Shown here piece after piece: positions 1 through 12,569 of a stretch of 64,000 bases of DNA (position 1 is its first letter; each line of letters opens with the position of its first letter). Source of the DNA: Puccinia triticina (taxonomy: Eukaryota); contig CP110439.1 of the NCBI GenBank assembly GCA_026914245.1, forward strand, positions 4,774,001 through 4,838,000. The letters are read 5' to 3'. A model generated the notes under the pieces. That model searched no databases. It was given only the letters and a program-made list of their open reading frames with translations, and was not told where the DNA came from. Position numbers and translations under genes: made by a program.

Positions 1-67
1 CCAAGAAATTTTGAGGCAAATAAATTTGGAAAATATCAATTTTCATGCCCTATGGTACAGGCCCTTA

Positions 68-1143
68 GAGCATCTCCACCCGGGGTGGTAAACCGGGTTG
101 CTATCCTGCGTTTACCAACCTGAACCCAAAAAACACCACCCACCGGGGGTGCCAAACAAGTTTCTATTTTGGCTCGGGAGCTAAAAATCTCAATTGGGTT
201 GCTATGTATGGCAACCCACTAGCAACTTGATAGCAACTTCCCCAAGCTCATGCCCCCCTCCCTACCCACCATCAGAAGTGCCTACAACTACAAACATGTA
301 TCCTCCACCAAACTGGTCATCGAGAGCACTGCAAGCTATTGATGACTGGCTGTCCTGCTAACTGTCTGCCCGGTCATCGAGAGCATCAAAAGCAATCGAT
401 GACCGGATACACATATAACCAACCATCGAGAATATCTCAAGCTCTTGATGACTGGCTATACTGGTCATCGAGAGCTTTCTCAATGACTGGCTATACTGGT
501 CATCGAGAGCTTTCTCAATGACTGGCTATACTGGTGATTGAGAGCTCTCTCGATGACTGGGTATACCGGTCATTGAGAGCCCTCTTGATGACTGGATATA
601 CAGTCATCGAGAGCTCTCTCAATTGGTATATACCAGTCATCGAGAGCTCTCTCGATGACTGGCTACACCGGTCATCAAGAGCATTAGAGCGTTCTCGATG
701 ACTGGCTACACCGGTCATCAAGAGCGTTCTCGATGACTGGCTACACTGGTCATTGAGAGCGTTCTCGATGACTGGCTATACCGTTCATCGAGAGAGCTCT
801 CGATGACTGACTATACCGTTCATCAAGAGCTCTCTTGATGACTGGATATACAGTCATTGATCTCTCTCAATTGTCTATACCAGTCATCGAGAGCTTGGCA
901 AGCCATTGATGACCGGCTATACCGGTCCTAGGGACCTTTGCAAGCTATTGCCGATCGGTGACTGGCTGTATTGTTCATTAGGTTCGTTGTGACTCCATTT
1001 GATGACTTGGTCATCTTGGAGTGCTTCTGGATTATAGCAACCACGGGTGTGTGCCAGAGCCGCGCGGGTTGCTATATGCAAAAATTGAGTTGCCATCCCG
1101 GGGTTTTAGCAACCCGCTTTTACCTCCCCGGGTGGAGATGCTC
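68..1143. mobile_element. Non-autonomous PIF/Harbinger-type element
   Basis: TIR GAGCATCTCCACCCGGGG at 68 and its reverse complement CCCCGGGTGGAGATGCTC ending 1143; TTA on both flanks (65-67, 1144-1146); no coding capacity. Confidence 0.85.
315..960. repeat. Tandem array of ~33-bp imperfect palindromic units
   Basis: Repeated CTCGATGACTGGCTATACCGGTCATCGAGAG-like units inside the PIF-type element. Confidence 0.85.
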
Positions 1144-1147
1144 TTAG

Positions 1148-1178
1148 AGTGCATCAGCAAAGCCACCTTGGCCTCTAG
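1148..1178 (+). mobile_element. Helitron 3' terminus (5' part lies left of the window)
   Basis: GTGCATCAGCAAAGCCACCTTGGCCTCTAG followed by T, closely matching the Helitron end at 62731-62760; hairpin degraded. Confidence 0.6.
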
Positions 1179-1489
1179 TAAAATCATAAAATCATAAAAC
1201 TTTCAAGTGATGATTTCATATGTACCATTCTAGAAATATTGCTCTGATTTGAGTGCTTGGGTGGAACATACAGTTGCGTGCGGCATTCTACTGTACAGAG
1301 CTGCCTGCAAAACCTGTTGGGCTACGCGGGGGAAAACCGCGACTGGGTCGGGGGTCCAGCACTCAAGAGTACATTTTTGGAGTCTACAGAGTGTGTAGAT
1401 TCCAAATCTAAAGTGGCAACCAATTTAGTCCAGCCAATTTTGATTTTTTTTTTGTTCACAGCCCATATTTTGCACCTCCCACCTCCTAC

Positions 1490-3155
1490 TGTTTGGCTTC
1501 CGTCGCCCACCATGCCAGGACGCTCATCCCCTCCGGCCCGCAGGTCTTCTCCGTCAATGACTATGTCACTCCCTTCCGCTCCGCCGCCCCATGCACTTGT
1601 CTCCCCTCAGGGGACTAATCCGAGGACTGCGATATCACAACCACCAACACTCCCGCGTCCTGCAGAGGTTCCACTGCCCCCCTCCCCCCCTCCGGTCCCC
1701 TCTTCTCCGCCTGCCCGCCGTTCTGGTCGATCCAGACAAGCCCCCGAACGATATGGACATTGGTCTAAAGTCGCGGCTCCCTCGGAGGATGTCGACACAC
1801 CCAAGACCTGGCGTCAGCTACAACAGTCGCCACACAAGGATAAATGGCTTAAAGCGGCATCTGAGGAATTCTCCTCTCTCCTGGGAATGGAGACATGGCG
1901 TCTGGTTCCGCGCCCCGAAAAGAGGCGTGTCATCAAATCTAAATGGGTATTTAAGGTCAAACGACGACCTGACAAGACTATCCAAAAGCTCAAGGCTTGA
2001 TTAGTCGCAATGGGATATTCTCAGGTTCGTGGGATAGACTATGACGAGGTCTTCTCCCCAACGCTTCGTATGGAAACTTTCCGCTTGATATGTAGTCTTC
2101 TTGCCGTATGTCAATGGAAGGGGCGTCAAGTTGATTTCAAAACTGCTTTCTTGAATGGACATCTCGATGAACCAATTTACATGGAACAACCTGTTGGTTT
2201 TGAGGACCTCACCCGGCCCGACTTTGTCTGTGAAGTCACTCGTTCTCTTTATGGACTCAAACAATCCCCTCGCCAATGGAATCATGAGCTCCATGGTGCC
2301 CTTATTGATCTCGGTCTCTCTCAATCCCAGTACGACCCCACCCTCTATTTTCGCCTCAAAAACAAGAAGTTGGTCTGCGCGGTCACGGTTCACGTTGATG
2401 ACCTTACGGTGGTGGGTGAACCGGATTCTGTGGACAATCTCATTTCCGCGCTTGGTTCTCGCTTGACTATTGGTTTGGACGAAGATCTGCATCACTTTCT
2501 TTCCATTAAAATCACAAGGGATGTTGAGAACCGTCTTATATACTTCTCTCAGTCTCACTATATTGAGGACCTCATTTCCCGTTTTCTCTGCGGCGACCTG
2601 ATCTCTACCCCCACACCTACTGATGTGTCTTTCAAAGATCTTCGTCGTCGGAAACCCAATGAATCATTGTCTTCTGGCCCATATAATCAACTCATCGGAT
2701 CTCTTCTCTGGGTCGCTCAATGCACCCGGCCGGACGTTTCATTTGCGGTGAACAAACTTTCACAATTCCTGAAGGATCCGTCTGAGGCGCATTGGGTAGC
2801 TGCGGTCAGAGTTCTTTGCTACCTGGCAACCACCAAACACCTCCGTCTCCGCCTTGGTGGTTCCGTCTCCTGTAGCGGGTTCTCAGATGCTGATTGGGCT
2901 GAGGATCGCGAAGACAGGCGGTCTACATCCGCGTATACCTACCGCTTCGGTGATGGTGCTATTTCTTGGAAATCCAGAAAACAAGCAACTGTGTCCCTGT
3001 CAAGCACCGAGGCCGAATACAAGGCTATGTCGGACTCATGCAAGGAAGGTCTTTGGCTCCGTAACATTCTCACTGAACTACAACTCCGCCCACGCCAGGC
3101 TCTTCCGCTCCACGTTGACAACGAGGGGGCCAAGGCTCTTGCGAATAACCCGGAA
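1490..3155 (+). mobile_element. Ty1/Copia pol fragment (reverse transcriptase + partial RNase H), pseudogenised
   Basis: Motifs KSKWVFKVK, KA*LVAMG (stop at 1998-2000), DFKTAFLNG, SLYGLKQSPRQW, HVDD, GFSDADWA, SLSSTEAEY; truncated near 3155; no LTR seen. Confidence 0.93.
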
Positions 3156-3265
3156 GTGGATCTTTGTTTTCATCCAGAAAAAATTCCAATTTCCAATTGT
3201 GTGAGTAGGAAATTTTACAAGCCAATTTCAGTGCAGCTTCATTTTTTATTTTTAAACATGACATG

Positions 3266-4548
3266 CACCAGGAAAAAAAAATAGTCACTTGATGGCAAGT
3301 GACATGATGCAGCTTTGGTTTCTGCTCCAGAGCTACTCCAGCGCTGCTCCAAGTCTGCTCCACCAGCACTTGTAGAGCTTACAGGACTGCACCAGAGCAC
3401 TCAATGTGGAACAGTCAGCTGATCCTAATTTTTGCCCAGGAACAGCTGATGCTCATCATAAGCTGAGCAGTAGGCATTGACTGAGCCTGGGCCGAAGCTG
3501 AGCATTGGCTGAGCCTGGGCCACAGCTGAGCATTGGATATTCCAAACCTGAAGCAAATCAAAGTGTCAGCTGGACCAAGAATATTCCAAATCTGAGCATC
3601 AGCTTAGCCAACAATGGTCCAAAGCTGAGCATCATCTTGGAAAAGGCTTGTGCAGACCTTAGGATCAGCTGGGAAAATAATGTTCCAAAGATTAACACCA
3701 GCTGGGCCAAAAATTTTCAAAAGCTGAGCATCAGCTGAGCCAATGCTGGTACAAAGCTGAGCATTGGCTGAGCCAAGGCTGTTCCAAAGCTGAGTATCAG
3801 ATTTTTTGAGACTATTCAAAAGATTAATATCAGCTGAGCCAAGGCTGTTCCACAGCTGAGCATCAGCTGAGCCAAGGCTGGTCCACAGCTGAGCATCAGC
3901 TGAGCCAAGGCTGGTCCACAGCTGAGCATCAGCTGAGCCAAGGCTGGTCCACAGCTGAGCATCAGCTGAGCCAAGGCTGGTCCAAAGCTGAGCATCAGCT
4001 GAGCCAAGGCTGGTCCACAGCTGAGCATTGTCTTAGCCAAGTTTGGTCCACAGCTGAGCATCAGATGAGCCAAGGCTGGTCCACAGATGAGCATAAGCTG
4101 TTACAGGAGTGGTCAGACTCAGAATCTGAGCATTGGCTGGGCCGAGATTTATCTAAAGCTGAAAATCAGCTGAGCCAATACTGGTCCAAAGCTGAGCATT
4201 GGCTGGGCCCATGATATTCCTAATCTGAGTCTAAGCTGAGCCATGACTGGAATAAAGCTGAAAATAAGCTGTGCCAGGACTTGTTCTGATCTGGGCAACA
4301 AAGCTGAGCATGAGCTGGGTACCAAGGCTGAGCATAAGCTGGGAGCTAAAGCTGAGTATCAGCTGACCAGAAATGGGGATCAGTGGTGCCCAGCAAAAAC
4401 TGAGGATCTCCTGTGGAAATTCTTAAAGTGGTTAGATTGTGGGTAGATGGTGGGTAGATGATGGGTAGATGGTGGGTAGATGGTGGGTAGCCCGCTGGAG
4501 CTGGCATGATGTCACTTGTCATCAAGTGACTATTTTTTTTTCCTGGTG
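3266..4548. mobile_element. Non-autonomous CMC/CACTA-like element (CACCA termini)
   Basis: TIR CACCAGGAAAAAAAAATAGTCACTTGATG ... CATCAAGTGACTATTTTTTTTTCCTGGTG; 3-bp TSD ATG (3263-3265, 4549-4551). Confidence 0.85.
3460..4370. repeat. 33-bp minisatellite
   Basis: CAGCTGAGCCAAGGCTGGTCCACAGCTGAGCAT repeated, near-perfect at 3831-4095 and degenerate on the flanks. Confidence 0.9.
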
Positions 4549-4869
4549 ATGCCCAGGTTAATTTTGGAAAACTAAGTTGCTGTAGTTTATCTGATCTTTA
4601 CAACAAAAGGACCTCAGAACCCACCCGAGCATGCACGTTTTGGACACAAGCCTCTCCCACAGTTTGTGTGTTTGACGGAGAGGCTGTAGACGCTCAAAGC
4701 ACGACATGATCGATGCGCTCACGAGATGCTCGAGCCTCCACCAACGGCAAACACTACAAAGCAACCCTCTTTCCCGATTCCCAACAAGCAGTTCTCAGGC
4801 ACTACGCCCGAGGCAGCTGGATTCTCTCTAGATATTGCCCAAGTTTACGGTCTCCAAATAGCTCAAGGT

Positions 4870-5060
4870 ATTCCTTCTCTTTGATGCACTGGTGCCCATT
4901 GGTTGTGGTCAGTGTGACCTGATTATTGTTGATTGGCACGCCGGAAAAACTGCCACTGCTATGGACACCATCCTCAACCAGAAACAACGAGACCCAAAAG
5001 CTCTACTGCGTCGATGTCGCCGCTTGTCAAAAGAGATCCACCGTCGCCCAGATTGCCAGC
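4870..5060 (+). pseudogene. ATP1: Decayed fragment of F1 ATP synthase alpha subunit
   Basis: [34 protein letters not shown], then (frameshifted) [19 protein letters not shown]; matches the alpha-subunit P-loop region [20 protein letters not shown]...[16 protein letters not shown]. Confidence 0.85.
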
Positions 5061-5461
5061 CCTGGGAAAAAAATGAGGCTTTGCCCTAACCCTAACCCCC
5101 AACGTGAAGCTTTCATCTGGCTTATAACTACACCAGTCCATCAGCAACTGGAGGGATAGCTGAGCGGCTTTGATCTGCTCCACCTTGGGAGGGACGGAAT
5201 TGGTGGAGTTGATGATTTCATAGTGCTTCTATCTATGTTTGTAGCATGCAGTTCAAGAGATGTGTGTATGGATGGAGTAAGGAAGAAAACAAGTAGATCA
5301 TGAAAAACGGGTTATTTTCTTTTCTCTGCGTAGTCTCTACCATGACTGATTGGTTTGTTTTTCCCCCGATAGAGAGATTTGGAGTATTGATGGAGTATGC
5401 GATGAATGAACCGGAGGAAACTGGAGGAGAGAGAAAACAAGGCACTCGTGTGGGAGCGCAC

Positions 5462-8400
5462 TCAGCCCTGATAGTTTCTGAATTGGGAGGACAAGCCCAG
5501 GCCGCCCTTTGTGTTTTTCATGACGGCCATGATGGGTTTCTGGAGAGCGGAGGCGTTCTGGGGGTCGCCGATGGTCTGTCCGAGGGACCAGCCCATCTTG
5601 GTGAGCAGCTTGAAGCCGACGTTCTCGGCGCCGATGTGTTTGACGCCCTGGCCGACGAGCGCGCCCTCCCTGTTGCGCGGGACCAGGTTCGCGGCACTGA
5701 CGCGGTGGCCGCCCGGGTCGGTGAACCGGTTCAGGATCTGGAACAGCGGCTGGCGGCTGCGCAGGATGTGCGTCGTCCGGTGCGTCCGCGTTAGCACCGG
5801 GTATCTGTGCTGCCCTTTGCCTCGAGACTGTCCCATCATATCACAGAGTTGTTAGTCAGTGCTCGGCCCCCGGTGCCTTCCAAGATTTGTAAGGGTTGGT
5901 CAAGGAAAGAGCTTACTTGGCTCTTCATCTTGTAGAGGTGCGCGATTTCGTGCACGGCTGCTCGGCTCCTCTTGTCCACAGGGGGCAAGCTTAAGACCTG
6001 CTCCTCGGTCCTGAAGCAGATGAAGTCTCGGATCATCTCGTTCAGCTTGGGCACGTCCGGTGGAGGCTCCGAGCTTTCCTTGCGCGCCTCCTTCTTTTTC
6101 TGTTTCTTCGTCTTCGTCACGCTTAGCAGTCGAGCCTCCGCGCGTTCCTTCCTCCTCGCCGCTTTCCGCACCCGGTCCATCTTCCACTTCTTCTGCAAAT
6201 CATCGATGAACTCGATTAACTCTCCATCAGAGTCTTTCTTCTCTTTTCGTTTGCCCTTGGGGTCTTTCACTGGCCAAAAAGATGGAACAAAAAAATGAGC
6301 TTTCTTCGAAAATAACAAAGGGGGGATGTAGTCTCTCTCCATACCTTCCTCCACCAACGCTGCGGCCTCTTCTTCATCTGCCGAATCATCGCTTGATTCA
6401 GTCGACAAATCTGTGGACATCTCTAGCGATTTGTCTAGTGAGGTCTCGTCGATGTCCTGAGGAGAAATCATGAGTCAGCTCCTTGTCGTAATCATTTGGA
6501 GCTCTTCATCGACATCCTCACGCACTTCGTCTTCAGCGCTGTCATCATCTGATCCAGACTCTGTCCAAGGAGAGACGGTCGGATTACCCGGGCAGTTAGA
6601 CGTGTCGATTAGTCTTAAGATCTAGGAGACAAAACAGGCTTGAGAGACAAAGCGAACCTGCAGAATCTTGGTCGGAATCCGATATATGGAGATCGAGCGC
6701 GTCGATCTTGTCATCCAGGGAATCCGAGCGGTCACTAGCCCAGCCTCGCTGGTCACGCAGGATGTCATCGTCGATTTGATCCGTGGCCGCTTGGGTGAGT
6801 TCGTCGATCGTGGTATGTTTGGTCTGGGCGTCCATGCCATCCAAGAACGTTTTAGTGAAGCTGTCGGCGAGGAACTTGGAGGCGGAGTTTTGCGGGTCGG
6901 CCTCATCCCCGGATGCGCGCTCGGCCATCATAGCATTCTTGATATAGTCTTCGCAGAGCTCCTGCTCCTGCTTGTTCTTGTAGACACCTCTCTGGACCTT
7001 ACTCGACGCGTTCGGGGCGTCCTTGTCAGCCGATGCCTCCTCCTCACCACTATCGGATCCCCAATCGATATCGCTCCCACTGTCGACATCGTCAGGACGA
7101 TGGTTGGCGGGATCGACCGGCCGATCGTCGTGGGCATCTCGGCGTCTCTCTTTCCTCGCCTGGCGTTTCCGCGCCTTGATGTCTTTTTTCGACGGCTTGG
7201 AGGACAGTGTTTTCGCACGGGTTGGGTCCGGAGTCGGAGCTGCTTGATCGGAAGACACCGCCACATGGACCTCGTCGGTGATGGTCCGGAACAGATGCGA
7301 ATCGTCGGCTTTGGAGGCCATGGAAACGCTCTGGTCAGGTCGGAAGACGATCCGCTCTTCGTCGTCGTCCGTCTCTTTCTCGATCGATCGTTGCTTGGCA
7401 ACTGGTGCCGAAGGGTATGTGACTCTGTTGCTCGAATCTCCCTCGGCATCGATGAAAAATAGAGCGCCAGAGTCGGTGCTTGGCTCAGTCGCCAAAGCAG
7501 GTCTTGAAGGCTGAATATCGGAGGTGGAGGGTGTGACCTGCACAGTTTCCGAGGCTGCTTCGGTCGACGATTCTTTGGGTTGGACAGGCATCGATTGTGG
7601 CGCATTGGCGATACCATGGGCTTTAGGGCTCTCGCCGCTGTTGGGAGTTGGCGACTTGGTCTGGGACTCTCCTTTTGTAAGTGGTGCTCGCTGGGCTGAT
7701 GAGGACTCGTTTTCAGAGCTGATGGCCGGTTGAGGCGGGTTGGACGGCAACGGTGAATCGGTTTGTTGGGCGGTGGATCGAAGGGGCTGAAAGACGGCAA
7801 CCGGACTTTCCTTCTTGAAAATCCCTGGGAAATCCGTTTGCCACTGCTCGACGGACGCTGGGGTAACCTCCTCGATTTCCCACAGACGATCACTCGGCGA
7901 AGCGGGCGCGGGTTCCGGGAGTATTTCGGGAGGAGGTGGTTCGATCTTCTCCAACGCTGGCAAAGTCTTATGACTTTCAGCCTTGTGCTGTTGTTCAGGT
8001 GGGTTCATGAGGTCGGCTCCCTCGTCCACCTTCGGGGGGTTTTCTAAGGTCTTGTCTGTTAATGCAGTGGCCTTGACGAACTTGACTGGGATCCATAATC
8101 GTGGGTCGCTTGTTCCGCGGGTCGTACGTGGAGCTTCTGATTGTGATTGTCCTGAATACGGGTTGTAGGCGGGCTTGGATGACGTGCCGCTGTGGAAACC
8201 AAGGCCTCCTCCACGGGGCGGTGGAGGCTGAGAAGCCTGGAAGGGTTTGTTGCGTGGGGGATAGCCGCGAGGAGTCGAGTGTCCTGACCCACTGGACGCA
8301 TTATTGGAATGATTATTGGAATTAGCTGGACCGACGGGGATTGTGACAAGTCAGTTGGTGCTGCTCAATCTATCGTTTTTTTTTTTTTTTTTTTTTTGGG

Positions 8401-8711
8401 AGGGGTGAGCTATTCTGCATACACCATGAGTTCTGTGCTCCTCGGCCCCGGCTACTGCCAGCCCAGCCTCGGGCTCTGCTGGCATGGGGATGTCGGTATA
8501 CACCGCCGGATGGGGGGGCAGCTGCAGGGGGATTAGAAGGCTGATCGACTGGGGCCGGATTGAAGTCGCTCCCAAGGCTGCCTCCTCCCCGCCCTCGTCC
8601 TCGTCCGCCGCCCTGCTGGCCTCCGCCTCGGCCTCGGCCTCGATAGGGCCCTGGGGAGCCGTCCTGCTGGTCTCGCGGGAATCGTGCCGTGTTCGTCCCG
8701 CGGTAGCTCAT
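5462..8711 (-). CDS. SQS1: SQS1/Pfa1-like R3H + G-patch RNA-processing protein (multi-exon)
   Basis: ATG at 8711 (MSYRG..., RGG-rich N-terminus), long acidic/disordered middle, R3H motif LPPVDKRSRAAVHEIAHLYKMKSQSRGKG, C-terminal G-patch IGAENVGFKLLTKMGWSLGQTIG...GGLG, stop at 5462; GT-AG introns join the ORF pieces. Confidence 0.85.
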
Positions 8712-8851
8712 CGTTTCTTCTCTTTCCTTTGTCGGCTCCAGCTGGGCTGCCTGCTCCCGGCCCTGCCTGCGGAGCGACTTTATCTCCGCCAGGACTCTCA
8801 CGCTCTCGCCGCCGGCTGGAAATCTGGATGCGTCGCTTGGACGTCGTGCTG

Positions 8852-8885
<34 letters not shown>

Positions 8886-9237
8886 TGGCCATCAAATTAC
8901 TTGCGCGACAAACGTGTGCATCCCAGTAGCGCAAGCTGCGGGGGTTCGAATCCCCCTCTCAGCAGACCTTTTTATGACTCAAGCCAATGCAACCATTACC
9001 TGTGCATTTCAAGTCTGATGTTTTTGCTGCAGAAGGAAAAATTGAGCTGATTTTGATCTGTCCCCAACTACTTACAATTAGGGCCTGTACCATACAAACT
9101 CTATTTTTCCTGTGCAAAGAAAACAGCTTTCTTTTTTTCAATATTCAGTTTATCAAGAGGTAAAAACAGCCTCCCATAATTGTGTACCACAACTGCAGGC
9201 TTCCTGCACTGCTCTCCCGGCCCAAACTGTGCATGTA

Positions 9238-10898
9238 CAGTGGGTCATCTAAAATTTTTGGCATCTCAATTTTTGATTTTTGAGGGCCAAGATGGACTTT
9301 TTGAGTTCTGGTTTTTTGCTCAGTGGGGCTCAGGAGGCTGATAAGAAAGGATCAATTGAGCTTTTGATTGCAGCCTTGCCAAAAAAAGAGATAAAAAATA
9401 ATATATAAACTGACAATTTTTCAGCTCTGTGGATAATTTTTTTAAAAATATCTGGTAAGCAGGGGGGGATAGGAAGGGAGCTGGGGAGGATGATTATAAG
9501 TTGAAATCTTAAAAAAAGAAAGTTTTCTTATTTTTATTTATTTATTTTTGTTATCTTAGCTTATTTGACATGATGCACGCTTTTCTTTTGCAAAAAACAA
9601 AATAGTTTTTACCATTGCACTGATCCCCCATCAGCCTCAATGACCTCTGCCATTTGTCTGGGCATTGACTCAATGAGGTTGTTGAGGATGTCGGTGAGAA
9701 AGTCGGCCCAAGCTTGGTTGAGTGCCTCGTGCATCTCCGCCACCGTTTTGGGTTGATAGAGTTTGTGGACGTTTCTCTTGAGGACAAGCCAGACGTTCTC
9801 AATTGGGTTCAGGTTGGGAGATTGAGCTGGCCAGTCAATCTTGTTGATCAAGTAGTCATCGAGGAACTCCTGGCTGACAAGGGCCTTGTGGACTGGGGAA
9901 TTGTCCTCCATCAAGCTGAGCTCGTGCTCCGGGTCGAACTCCTCAAGGAAAGGAAGGAGGGCTTTTTCGTAGATGTTTTCAATGAATTTCTCCGCTGTTT
10001 GACTACCAGGAGGGACAACAGTGAGAGGAGCCCGGGTTTGGTCAAAAAAGCCCCCCCAGATCATGGTTGAAGTTCTGCCGCTCTTGAAAGTTGGGGCTAG
10101 ATTCTTGGGGTTGTATTTCTCGTTCTTCTTTCACCAAACAACAACCTGCTTGGAGTTCTTTCCAATCTCAAAAGAGGATTCATCCGTCCAAAGGATTTTC
10201 CTCCAATCGTTGGAGGTCCAATCCTTGTGGCGCTTGCAGGCGAATTGGAGCCAATGGTGACGGTGGAGCTTGGTAAGGAACGGTTTTTTGACAGCAACTC
10301 GGTTCTTGAAACCAAGTTCATGGGCTCGGCGGCGAGCGGTGACTGTTGCAATGGGCGTTCCCAGCTGGTCTTTCACCTTGGCCATCCTCATTCGAGGATT
10401 TTCATTGAGAACATTTGTCAGCTGACGGAGTTCGCGGTCGTCCAACTTCCTTGGTCTGCCGCTCCTAGGGGCTGTCACAACCTTCCCACGAGCTGCGGAT
10501 CAAAGGATGATTGCCGAGACGGTTGTCCGTCCAATTCCTGTCTTGGATGCAATGGCCGTCGGTGTCATCCCAGCTTCTGACATGCCAACAAGCTTGGCCT
10601 TTTGCTCGGTCAAGAGATGGGGCTTTCTAGTTTGAACCATCTGAAAAAAAAGGCAAAAAAAAAAAGTTGATATCAATACTTGCAACACTGCATATATTAC
10701 TTACACTGATTTCTGGAGGCCGTGCGGCCCATTCCGAGGGAGTTCCAGGTGTCGTGGTGGCTGGTTGTTGACCTTGAGGATTGTTGACCGCCTCCAGCAG
10801 CCTCAGGCGCTGCAGTGTTTACTTGTGACATGTTTCCCAGGTGAACCTGGGGTGTCACCCACTTTTACCCCGCGCCAAAAATTATAGATGACCCACTG
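9238..10898 (-). mobile_element. Tc1 (DD34E) transposon with inactivated transposase
   Basis: TIRs CAGTGGGTCATCTA(A/T)AATTTTTGGC, TA TSD (9236-9237, 10899-10900); minus-strand HTH, GRPRKL, WTDES, EDNSPVH...WPAQSPNLNPIENVW; in-frame stops near 10500 and 10131 plus a frameshift. Confidence 0.93.
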
Positions 10899-11374
10899 TA
10901 CATATTGTCTTTCCCGTTAACCTTGGACCCGGCGCTTTTTTTTTTTATGGATTTATGCAAGAGTATTCAAAAACTTGAAATTGTGTTTCTGCCTTGGATG
11001 TCTCACGGCCTTCATGTTCCCTGTCAGGTTGGAAAGCGGCCGGGTTCTTGATTGGCCCCTCTGTTGGAGCAGAGGGCAATGAGTCGGAAAGCTTAGGGAT
11101 GGGTCCCAGGGTCTACAAACTGCCCTGGTTCTGAACATGAGCTCGGATTTTCACTGGCTCTACTCCAACATCATCTACTGGAGAATGGTGGCTCCGAGGG
11201 TAATTTCCGGCGTCAGTCTTGTCTGACAGATGTCAGGATAAAACCCCAGAGAAAAAACAACTGTATGTCTTATGTCAATACCAAGTCGAGGCAAAAGAGG
11301 TGCAAGCTTTTCGATAAAGACAATACATAAATACATCACACATGGGTCCAGGGGGATGGAAGGTCCTCAACACT

Positions 11375-11930
11375 AGGCCAATACATTCATTGTGTATTGG
11401 TCCAAGATGAGAGGAGGTGGGCCCAAACCTCTCCCTTCCTCTCCGACCAATCTATGTAGTGATTGTATCGGTTGGAGAGGAAGAATGAAGGAAATTTTCA
11501 CCAACCAGTGCAATAGATGGGTCCATCCAAGGGCAAAGGGGAGATGGATCCCATCAGACCAATACAATGTATTGATCTGAGGGGAACACTCCCCTTCTTC
11601 CTCTTGGACCATTTGTATATTGGGCAGAGAGGAAGAAGGGGAGCATTCCTCTCAGACCAATCCAATAGAGCGGTCCAAGAGGAAGGAGGAGAGAGCTACT
11701 TGATACATAGTATTGGTGACAGAACCCTCTCTCTTCCTCTCCAACCAATCCAGTTGTATTGGTCTGAGAGGAAGGAGAGAATTCCTCTCAGACTGATAAT
11801 ATCAGTCTGGGAGGATAGATGGACCGACATGATGGGTTGGTCCAAGGTGAGAGATGGACCAATACATATGTTGCATTGGTCCAAGATGAGAGAGAGACCA
11901 ATACACATGTTGCATCGGCCAAGGAGAGAG
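11375..11930. repeat. Degenerate palindromic repeat array
   Basis: Recurrent GACCAATACA..TGTATTGGTCCAAGAG/GAAG units within the 9081-12152 element. Confidence 0.6.
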
Positions 11931-12156
11931 GCCCCGGTGTCTTGGTTGGAGGGGGCTCAGCAGAGGGAAAACACATATGAGAAACAGGGTCAGACCTGTT
12001 TCTGGAAATTGATTGTTTTGAACAAAAAACAAGTTCTGGTATCCCCCAAAAACAGGTGCTGTGGTACACATTTTCAAGGGGAAACTTTTTTTTGTGGGGA
12101 AAGTTGTTTTCTGGCCAAAAAACAGCTTTTTGAGCTGCTATGGTACAGGCCCCTAG

Positions 12157-12351
12157 GGTGTTCAAAGTTGACTTGCATAAGTTCATGATACCATAAAATC
12201 ATAAAATTCTAAACTGAAAAAAATATGTACCACCCAAACACTCAAATTGCAGCAAAATTTTTAGAATGGTACATATCAAATCATCACTTGAAAGTTTTAT
12301 GATTTTATGATTTTATGTATGGAAAATTTTATGATTTCAACTTTGAACACC
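12157..12351. mobile_element. MITE with GGTGTTCAAAGTTGA TIRs
   Basis: TIR pair at 12157 and ending 12351, TA-rich flanks; related sequence at 1179-1270 (reverse) and about 26545-26650. Confidence 0.7.
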
Positions 12352-12569
12352 TTAAATCTGTAAAAACCGCGGGGGAGGAAGAAAAAGTACCTCCCAACTA
12401 CACAATCACAAACTTAACAAATCCCCTCTGCTGTGGGGTGTGTGGTCTTGCAAAGCAAGCCTCTGACAGCCCTAGTCAGGAGGGACTTGCGCACTAGTGC
12501 CCCCTCTTGCAGAGCCAATATTCTGAGTTTACTGGGAGGTAATTGTGTATCACCACAATTACTTGCCCT

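Larger units (their letters stand above)
9081..12152. mobile_element. Non-autonomous PIF/Harbinger-type element hosting a Tc1 insertion
   Basis: TIR GGGCCTGTACCATA (9081) / TATGGTACAGGCCC (ends 12152); flanks TTA and CTA; the same terminus also occurs at 51-64. Confidence 0.65.

Noticed and set aside
3816..4094. Repeat protein ORF (MLSCGPALAQL)n or CRISPR-like array
   Set aside because: Translation of a 33-bp minisatellite inside a non-autonomous element; no unique spacers
5084..5100. Telomere or interstitial telomeric array
   Set aside because: Only about two and a half CCCTAA units; could be chance
6668..7893. Long alternative-frame and antisense ORFs over SQS1
   Set aside because: Shadows of a GC-rich coding exon; the same applies to antisense ORFs over PRP8, ERG9 and the transposases
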